The notes under the pieces were generated by a model. That model did not search any database. It was given only the letters and a program-made list of their open reading frames with translations, and was not told where the DNA came from. This document shows positions 58,801 to 64,000 of a stretch of DNA of 64,000 bases, in pieces. Every line of letters begins with the position of its first letter. The stretch's first letter is position 1. The DNA lies in the NCBI GenBank assembly GCA_016931415.1, contig JAFGEW010000061.1:20110-84109 (forward strand), in the 5' to 3' direction. A program made the translations under genes and the position numbers. The DNA is from Verrucomicrobiota bacterium (GTDB lineage: Bacteria > Auribacterota > JABMQX01 > JAFGEW01).

Positions 58801-59069
58801 TCGCTCGCAAACGCAACCAGCGATCCATCAGGAGAGAGCACCGGGTGCACGTCGCGCCCCGGATGGTCCGTGATCCGCTTGAGCGCCGAGCCGTCCTCGC
58901 GCACCGTCCAGATGTCGCCGAAACACGAGAACGCGATGATCCCCTTGCTGATGCTTGGATGGTAGAGCAGCCGCGGCGGAAGCTCGCCCGCCTCGTCGGC
59001 CGCCAACGCGGGGACCGCCAGAACAACAAGCAGCAGCGCAAGGACTCTCAGAGTAATGGACTCTGCCAT
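55845..59069 (-). CDS. Tricorn protease homologue (beta-propellers + PDZ + S41 peptidase domain)
   Basis: ATG at 59069 with a GGAGGAG SD, then a signal peptide. Repeated TolB/WD40-like PD40 motifs (SPDGSLVAFASDRTG, SPDGTKLAFISDRSG, SPDGRWLAY, SPDGKYLLF) are followed by a C-terminal S41-like region (LIIDVRHNGGG...VVLMNAFSFSDAEIF). Confidence 0.85.
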   Translation of the reverse strand: MAESITLRVLALLLVVLAVPALAADEAGELPPRLLYHPSISKGIIAFSCFGDIWTVREDGSALKRITDHPGRDVHPVLSPDGSLVAFASDRTGPTNVFVVPATGGEARQLTWSSTTQEPVTWTPDGKRIVFRGEPNGTWGSWLYTIAVESGQAELLRIGEAGFGTFSADGKQFAFNRRQIGDSWRKGYLGSGNSDVWVADLEAGTFEKRTDFAGPDSWPLFAPNGDIYFVSERNGPKNLFRLRRGRGDAQQVTHHDGPGVVYPAISPDGRTIVYQCNFAIWAVSTRDGTARQVPVTMAAEPKRELSTWVTYDSRCDEFAVRPDGKRLAVSCRGALFTVPTEKGGDRVRVSAEPGRDHVPVFSPDGTKLAFISDRSGEEHIYVQDLATGAVTEIVPPESLLAVELWTWLSDRTAFRPDGKALTYQAGHGLYLYDFESGETARITDSPDRSIGRSAWSPDGRWLAYAKNDHDCEEHLWVYSLETKEERQLYNDTYGEWNPVFSPDGKYLLFLAKRETGKDDGCDTIEPEIYALALQREQADPDEPKDPDAEQEVEEGEGEEKEAAGAEEEAEPLRVEIDFDNVDQRTRRITHMVEGIRSPLYVTGDSKRVVFGVEETRGRERVGIVYTARIEWAKESDEDLKEIGRLEFWKLQLAEEGKTIYVLDGGQVRKVPVDGGEVKTVQFSLRFAVDLRAEMRQMYLEAWRALRDGFYDETMHGVDWAGARARYEPFLGSVVAKQEVLDLIIEMIGELNASHCGAWQGGSDQTWTYEDARRLGLRLEPDDASGRYRVSHIYTDGPADKSWLDLKVGDYVFSIEGSDVRAGEDHERLLINPLNDKVTLRVGREADPATAHDVRIAHIRFGEQRQLWYDEWVRQNERTVEAQSDGRVGYLHIRRMDTPSLAKFKKDLQRVRHCEGLIIDVRHNGGGLIDEPLLDILNRRAYNHTRYRGASRKRPRPEEAFYGTKVVLMNAFSFSDAEIFPDGFRRLGHGKLVGEPTHGGVIGTGAFTLIDGSTVRMPVWGFWTPDGQNLENYGVPPDVLVDRSPLDDLNGTDAQLDSAIREVLAGIEAKADQDE

Positions 59070-59222
59070 GGCGATGGGTTCTCCTCCGTCGGTGATCAAG
59101 GCTCTGGCTGCGGCCCGGACACGCATGGCCCGGCGCCATTTATGGAAGTGGACGCTTGACCCCGCGCGCCGGTTCCCTCGATCCGGACTTCCGCACCGCC
59201 CGCCGCGGCAGGATCGTTCGCC

Positions 59223-59975
59223 TCATTCGTCGTCGCGCTGGAAGATCCGCGGCCGGAGCAGTCCGAGCCTGGCCAGATAGAGCTGCACGACCGTCTCGAG
59301 CGTGCGCAGCCCATACGTCAGGCTGCGCACGAAGTTGATCGACGACGCCTCGGCCATGTAGCGCACCGGAACCGGTACGTCGCCGATCCGGAACCCGAAG
59401 TACACGGCCTGCATGAGCAACTGGCTGTCGAAGACGAAGTCGTCCGAGTTCTTGTGATACGGGATCGTCCGCAGCACGTCGGCCGTGTAGGCCCGGTAGC
59501 CCGTGTGCCACTCGCCGAGGTTCTGCCCCGTCAGGAAGTTCTCGATGATCGTCAGCACCCGGTTGCTGAAGTACTTGTACACGGGCATACCGCACGCCAG
59601 CGTTTCCTGCCGGGTCCGGATCCGGTTGCCGAGCACCACGTCGCAAATGCCCGCATCGAGAAACCCCGCAATGTGCGGTGCGAGCCGGCTGTCGTACTGA
59701 TAGTCGGGATGGATCATAATGACGATGTCGGCGCCGCGTTTGAGCGCTTCGTCGTAGCAAGTCTTCTGATTGCCGCCGTAGCCGCGGTTGCGTGCGTGCT
59801 CGATCACGGTCAGACCGAGCCGCCGGGCGATTTCGACCGTGTTGTCCCGCGACACGTCGTCAACGAGGATGATCTCGTCGACGCTCCCGGCCGGGATGTC
59901 GCGCACGGTCGCCTCGATCGTCGTCGCCGCGTTATACGCGGGCATCACAACGATGACTTTTGTTCCCCTCGGCAC
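59223..59975 (-). CDS. Glycosyltransferase family 2
   Basis: [21 protein letters not shown]...[13 protein letters not shown]...[13 protein letters not shown] place the start at GTG 59975 (GGGAGA SD 5 nt upstream). The ORF-track start at 60329 would overlap the divergent gene. Confidence 0.85.
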   Translation of the reverse strand: MPRGTKVIVVMPAYNAATTIEATVRDIPAGSVDEIILVDDVSRDNTVEIARRLGLTVIEHARNRGYGGNQKTCYDEALKRGADIVIMIHPDYQYDSRLAPHIAGFLDAGICDVVLGNRIRTRQETLACGMPVYKYFSNRVLTIIENFLTGQNLGEWHTGYRAYTADVLRTIPYHKNSDDFVFDSQLLMQAVYFGFRIGDVPVPVRYMAEASSINFVRSLTYGLRTLETVVQLYLARLGLLRPRIFQRDDE

Positions 59976-60240
59976 GGTTTTCTCCCTGTCTGTTGGCTCG
60001 ACCTGCGGCAAGCAAGCCGGTGCAGTGTAGACGAAAACCAGCGCCCACCGCCAGTGCAGAGACGCGCCGGTCGCCCCTTGACCATGCCCGCGCCTTCGGC
60101 CACACTGGCGTCGTATCTTCACGGGAGGTCCTGAGCCGTTCAAGGCGCCCCGGACGGAACGCGTGTTCCTGTCTGTCCGCACCTCGGCGGCCTCCTGCGC
60201 GTCCCGCGCCGCGACCCCGGTGTGCCCAAGGAGAGGTGAT

Positions 60241-61569
60241 ATGCACCAGATAGCACAGCCCAGCCGCGTCGACGGCCTCGACGTGCTGCGCGCGCTCGCC
60301 GTGCTCCTCATCCTCGGCTTCCACGCCACCGACGTCAGCGGTTGGCAGCCCGGCGAATGCGCCTGGCACTTCGGACAGACCGGCCGGCGCCTCTTCCTGC
60401 TGCTCTCGGCCTTCCTGCTCTTTCAGCCATATGCCCGCGCCGCCTACCGCACGGGGCCGGGCAGGGGCGCCATCGACGTAACCGCTTACGCGCTCAAGCG
60501 CGCCCTTCGCCTGCTCCCGCTCTACGTGGCAACCGTGCTCGCATTGACTCTCTTCGGATACCTCATGCGGTGGCCGGCCAACGCCAAGAACCTCCTCTAC
60601 CACCTTCTGTTCATCCACACGTTCGACAAGGGAACGCGCTTCGGCTTGATGGGGCCCCTGTGGTTCATCGCCCTCATCGCCCACTGGTACATGCTTCTCC
60701 CGTTCGTTGGCTGGATCTGGTTGAAGCTTAGACGCCCGCTCGCGACCTGGGCTCTCGCCAGCCTCGTCCTCGCCGTCGCCTACGCGCTGGCCTGGGCGTG
60801 GCCTCCATTCTCCAGGGAGACCTTCTCGCTTCTGGTCGACCGGAGCCTCGTCGGCGCGCTCCCGTACCTTTTCGTCGGCATGACCGCATCGGCCTGGTTC
60901 GCTCGGGAACGCGAGCGGGCGATCACGGCTCACCGCACCTTGCCCATCGCGCTCTGCCTTGCAGTGACCGGTGTCGTCATCGGCACACTCAGCGTCTTCG
61001 CCAACGAGGGCGGCCACCATGTGAGCCCGCTGGCGCTCGGCACGATCACTCTCGGGCTTGCGTACGCGTCGCCGAGCGGGAGGGCGCTGGCGCCCCTCCA
61101 GGCGTTCGGCAGAATGTCGTATTCGGTCTACATCTGCCACTCGCCCGTGTTCGTCGCCGTAGCGTGGCTCGGCATCTTCGACACGGTCACAAACGGCCCC
61201 GCCAGAACGGCGCTGCTCTTCGCCGCAGCTCTGCCGCCGCTCGTCCTGGCCTCCGCCATCTCCTACCGGCTGCTCGAGCGGCCCTTCATCGGCCTCAAGC
61301 TCGCCTCTCCACGCCGCACGGTCGCCCAACTGGGCGCCGTCTACGCGGCCGTCATCGCCGCGAGCGCCATCCTGTTCGCACTCGAGAAACCCGCCGCGCC
61401 CGGCAAACAACGCCCCACCTTCGTCCCACGCCGCGAGGCACAGGAACCCGTCAAGCAGCCTCATAGCCGGCCGCGCGCCGCAGAACAGGGCACAGGCTGG
61501 CCTGAAGCGACACTGCGGCGCACGGCAGTTGCCCCGACACCGCCGCACTGCTATGATCAAGATTCGTAA
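60241..61569 (+). CDS. Acyltransferase family 3 (OafA/YrhL-like) membrane protein
   Basis: AAGGAGAGG SD then ATG at 60241. [17 protein letters not shown] is followed by about 10 TM helices, and [10 protein letters not shown] sits near the C-terminus. Confidence 0.85.
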   Translation: MHQIAQPSRVDGLDVLRALAVLLILGFHATDVSGWQPGECAWHFGQTGRRLFLLLSAFLLFQPYARAAYRTGPGRGAIDVTAYALKRALRLLPLYVATVLALTLFGYLMRWPANAKNLLYHLLFIHTFDKGTRFGLMGPLWFIALIAHWYMLLPFVGWIWLKLRRPLATWALASLVLAVAYALAWAWPPFSRETFSLLVDRSLVGALPYLFVGMTASAWFARERERAITAHRTLPIALCLAVTGVVIGTLSVFANEGGHHVSPLALGTITLGLAYASPSGRALAPLQAFGRMSYSVYICHSPVFVAVAWLGIFDTVTNGPARTALLFAAALPPLVLASAISYRLLERPFIGLKLASPRRTVAQLGAVYAAVIAASAILFALEKPAAPGKQRPTFVPRREAQEPVKQPHSRPRAAEQGTGWPEATLRRTAVAPTPPHCYDQDS

Positions 61570-61604
61570 GGAGGCCGTGTCACTCCGGTTGGAGGGTCCG
61601 TGGG

Positions 61605-63920
61605 GTGCGGACGTCTGGCTCCATCCCGACAGAGATCCCGGTTGTGGAGGCGCACGTGCGTACGGGGCATACAGCAGGACAGCACCTGTTCCATGCCGTG
61701 GGCTACCTGGCACTGCTCCTGGCGCTTGCCGTGACGATCCTCTTCGTCATCCACCCCTGGGCCTGGTACTTCACCGGCGGCCTGCCCACGCACTGGGACC
61801 CGCCAACCGATGCCGCCCACATCTGCTGGAACGCGCACAACATCCTTCACGGCTCGGTGCTGCGCCCCGTCTATAACGCCAACCACTTCTATCCGCACGC
61901 CTACACGATGGCGTTCTCTGAGCCGATGTGGCCGCCGTCGTTCTTCGCCGCCATCATCTACGGGCTCACGGGCAACCCGGTGCTGACCTGGAACGCCACC
62001 ATGCTGTTCTTCTGGGCGCTCTCCGGCGTCATCATGTACCTCCTGCTGCGTGAGCTGCCCGTCTCGCGCAGCGTCGCCGTCCTCGGCGCGGCGCTTTGCT
62101 GCCTGATCCCCTACCGGCTCGGCTACTACGTCGAGCTGAACATGGTGCTCTGCTTCGTCATCCCGCTCGCCTATCTCTTCCTCATCCGCTGGCTGCGGCG
62201 CCTCGGCCGGCTCGATGCCGTGCTCTTCGCCGTAGCGCTCTGGATTGCTGCCACGACTTGCCTCTACTACACAGCCATCATGCTCGTGCCGATGCCGTTC
62301 GTCGTCATCGCGTTCCTTGCAGGCAACCCGGCCATGCTGCGCAGTCGCCGCTTCCATGCCACGGGCATTCTGGCGACCTTTCTGGCGATGCTGCTCTGCG
62401 CTGCCACGCTCTACCCCTACGTGCTCCTGCGCTCGATCGGCAAGTACGAGCGCAGCGTCAGCCAGCAGGCGCGCAGCTCCGTCCAACCGCTGAGCTACCT
62501 GCGTCCATCGAAAAACAGCCTTATCCACCGCTTCGCGCCCAAGGCCGATCTCGGCGAGACCACCGTCTTCCCGGGCATCGCGCTGTCGGCCCTCGCGTGC
62601 CTCTACTGGGTGCGCCGGCGCATCGTGTTCAGGCGCTGGCGCGGCGTGTCGCCGCGCGGCCAACGCCGCCAAGTGCTTGCGTACATCCGCGCCGCGCTCT
62701 GGTTCCTCTTCACCGGGCTCGTCGTCTACGGCGCCTATCATACGCACGCGAGCAGCTTCATCGCGGTCAAGCACCTCATTGTGCCCGCCGTCAATCTCGT
62801 CTTCTGGATCTCGCTCGTCCTGCTCTTCATGCCCGTCGAGCGCGACGCCACCGGCCCCGCGCCTGTCCTGGCCGGCCTCGGCGTGGGCGCTGTCGCCTGC
62901 TTCATCCTCAGCTTCGGCCCGACGGTCATGGTCGGCCATATGCACGATATCGAGGTTGTCGGCCACAACGTCACCGAGCGCCTGCACGACGCCGTGCCCA
63001 TCTTCAGCATGGTGCGCGTCATGACCCGTTTCAGCATCATGGTGCTCTTCTTCATGATCACCGCCGGCTGCGTCGCCCTCGACGGCGTGCTACACAAAGT
63101 CCCGCGCCGCCTGCGTTGGCTCTGGGTACTACCGCTCATTCTCCTTGTGATCGAGACCTATTCGCGACCGTACGAGTTCGCCGACCAGCACAAGCGATTC
63201 GACTCGCCGGTCCAACGCTACCTGCGCGAGCTGCCCGACAAGGTCAGCCTCGCCCAGATCCCCTACGGCCTGCGCGACTTCGACGGTCCCGCCATGCTGG
63301 CCACCGTCGGCAAGTGGCACTACCTCGTCAACGGCTGGTGCGGCTTCGAACCCAGACAGCACTACACACTCAAGGCCCATCTCTCCTCGGACCAAGCTAA
63401 GGCCGCTGACTGGCTCCGCGAGATCTGGCCAGAGCCGTACCTCCTCGTCGACCGCGAAGGCGTTCGGCACTGGAGCGCGCTCAAGCAAACGACGTTCACA
63501 GAAGGAGACCTCAAGCCGTACTGGGACAGGGTCATGAGCGACGACCGCTTCACCCTCTTCCGCCTTCGACCCCTCGATGCGACACCCGCCCACCTCGTGC
63601 GCCGCCTCCGCAGCGACGTGCTCCTGCGCCATCCCGTGCTCTCGCTCCGCGCCCATGCAGTCGAGCTGCCTGACGGTGCAACGGCCCGCCTGTGCGTCAC
63701 CGTCAACGGGAGGGAGGTCTCCGAGATCGAGCTCACCGCCGAGCCGGTGCGCTACGATGTGACGATCCCCAGCCGCGTTGTGGGCAACATGTGGGGGGAG
63801 GAAGTGATTCTGACGCTCAAGTACGTCTTCGCTGACCGTACCGTCACCGTCAACGAGGAGGGATGCTGGGTGCTCGATGGCCTGACTTTCCTCACGAAGA
63901 AAGCGGCAGCGACACCGTGA
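61605..63920 (+). CDS. Large polytopic membrane protein, putative GT-C-like (paralogue of 3007..5328)
   Basis: GTG start with a GGAGGG SD. The N-terminal segment WDPPTDAAHICWNAHNILHG...LTWNATMLFFWALSGVIMYLLLREL is paralogous to 3007..5328. The protein is multi-TM with a soluble C-terminal domain. Confidence 0.7.
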   Translation: MRTSGSIPTEIPVVEAHVRTGHTAGQHLFHAVGYLALLLALAVTILFVIHPWAWYFTGGLPTHWDPPTDAAHICWNAHNILHGSVLRPVYNANHFYPHAYTMAFSEPMWPPSFFAAIIYGLTGNPVLTWNATMLFFWALSGVIMYLLLRELPVSRSVAVLGAALCCLIPYRLGYYVELNMVLCFVIPLAYLFLIRWLRRLGRLDAVLFAVALWIAATTCLYYTAIMLVPMPFVVIAFLAGNPAMLRSRRFHATGILATFLAMLLCAATLYPYVLLRSIGKYERSVSQQARSSVQPLSYLRPSKNSLIHRFAPKADLGETTVFPGIALSALACLYWVRRRIVFRRWRGVSPRGQRRQVLAYIRAALWFLFTGLVVYGAYHTHASSFIAVKHLIVPAVNLVFWISLVLLFMPVERDATGPAPVLAGLGVGAVACFILSFGPTVMVGHMHDIEVVGHNVTERLHDAVPIFSMVRVMTRFSIMVLFFMITAGCVALDGVLHKVPRRLRWLWVLPLILLVIETYSRPYEFADQHKRFDSPVQRYLRELPDKVSLAQIPYGLRDFDGPAMLATVGKWHYLVNGWCGFEPRQHYTLKAHLSSDQAKAADWLREIWPEPYLLVDREGVRHWSALKQTTFTEGDLKPYWDRVMSDDRFTLFRLRPLDATPAHLVRRLRSDVLLRHPVLSLRAHAVELPDGATARLCVTVNGREVSEIELTAEPVRYDVTIPSRVVGNMWGEEVILTLKYVFADRTVTVNEEGCWVLDGLTFLTKKAAATP

Positions 63921-64000
63921 ACGTCGTCCCCTCGCCGACCGTGCTCTCGAACGTGATCGAACCGCCCAACTGCTCGACGATCTTGCGCGCGATCGACAAC
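63892..64000 (-). CDS. Sensor histidine kinase, C-terminal end only (rest outside window)
   Basis: The reverse strand reads ...LSIARKIVEQLGGSITFESTVGEGTTFTVSLPLSS*, the G2-box/C-terminal strand of an HATPase_c domain. The stop is at 63892-63894. It is too short to appear in the ORF track. Confidence 0.7.
   Translation of the reverse strand, partial: LSIARKIVEQLGGSITFESTVGEGTTFTVSLPLSS

Overview
The window is a densely coding, high-GC segment (about 65% by eye, not computed) with bacterial-type features: Shine-Dalgarno sites, ArnT-like enzymes, a histidine kinase, a WG-repeat protein and REP-like hairpins. I saw no rRNA, tRNA, CRISPR array, transposase or integrase.

Layout:
- 0-24 kb: an envelope-glycan locus unusually rich in large polytopic GT-C-fold (ArnT/PMT-like) membrane proteins. 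It also carries a GT2, a B12-radical-SAM enzyme, a SAM methyltransferase, a flippase-like protein, AsnB and a hexapeptide acyltransferase.
- 24-31 kb: GH10, ribokinase, an SGNH hydrolase and a four-gene, translationally coupled operon of unrecognised membrane proteins.
- 31-35.4 kb: dcd-nrdJ.
- 35.4-42.9 kb: five tandem paralogues of a secreted protein of unknown family. Two of them are preceded by a shared ~490-bp hairpin-rich non-coding repeat, and a frameshifted small gene lies between them.
- 43-51 kb: the most interesting part. Two modules each pair a Snf7/CHMP-like ESCRT-III coiled-coil protein with a MIT-domain Vps4/spastin-clade AAA+ ATPase. Membrane, glycosyltransferase-like and WG-repeat genes are embedded in or flank them. 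A eukaryote/archaea-style ESCRT-III+Vps4 arrangement is not the canonical bacterial PspA/Vipp1 system.
- 51-64 kb: a long HAD plus GH65 pair, a secreted protein, a tricorn-like protease, a GT2, an acyltransferase-3, another GT-C-like paralogue and the 3' end of a histidine kinase.

All family calls come from motif recognition by eye. No database search was run.
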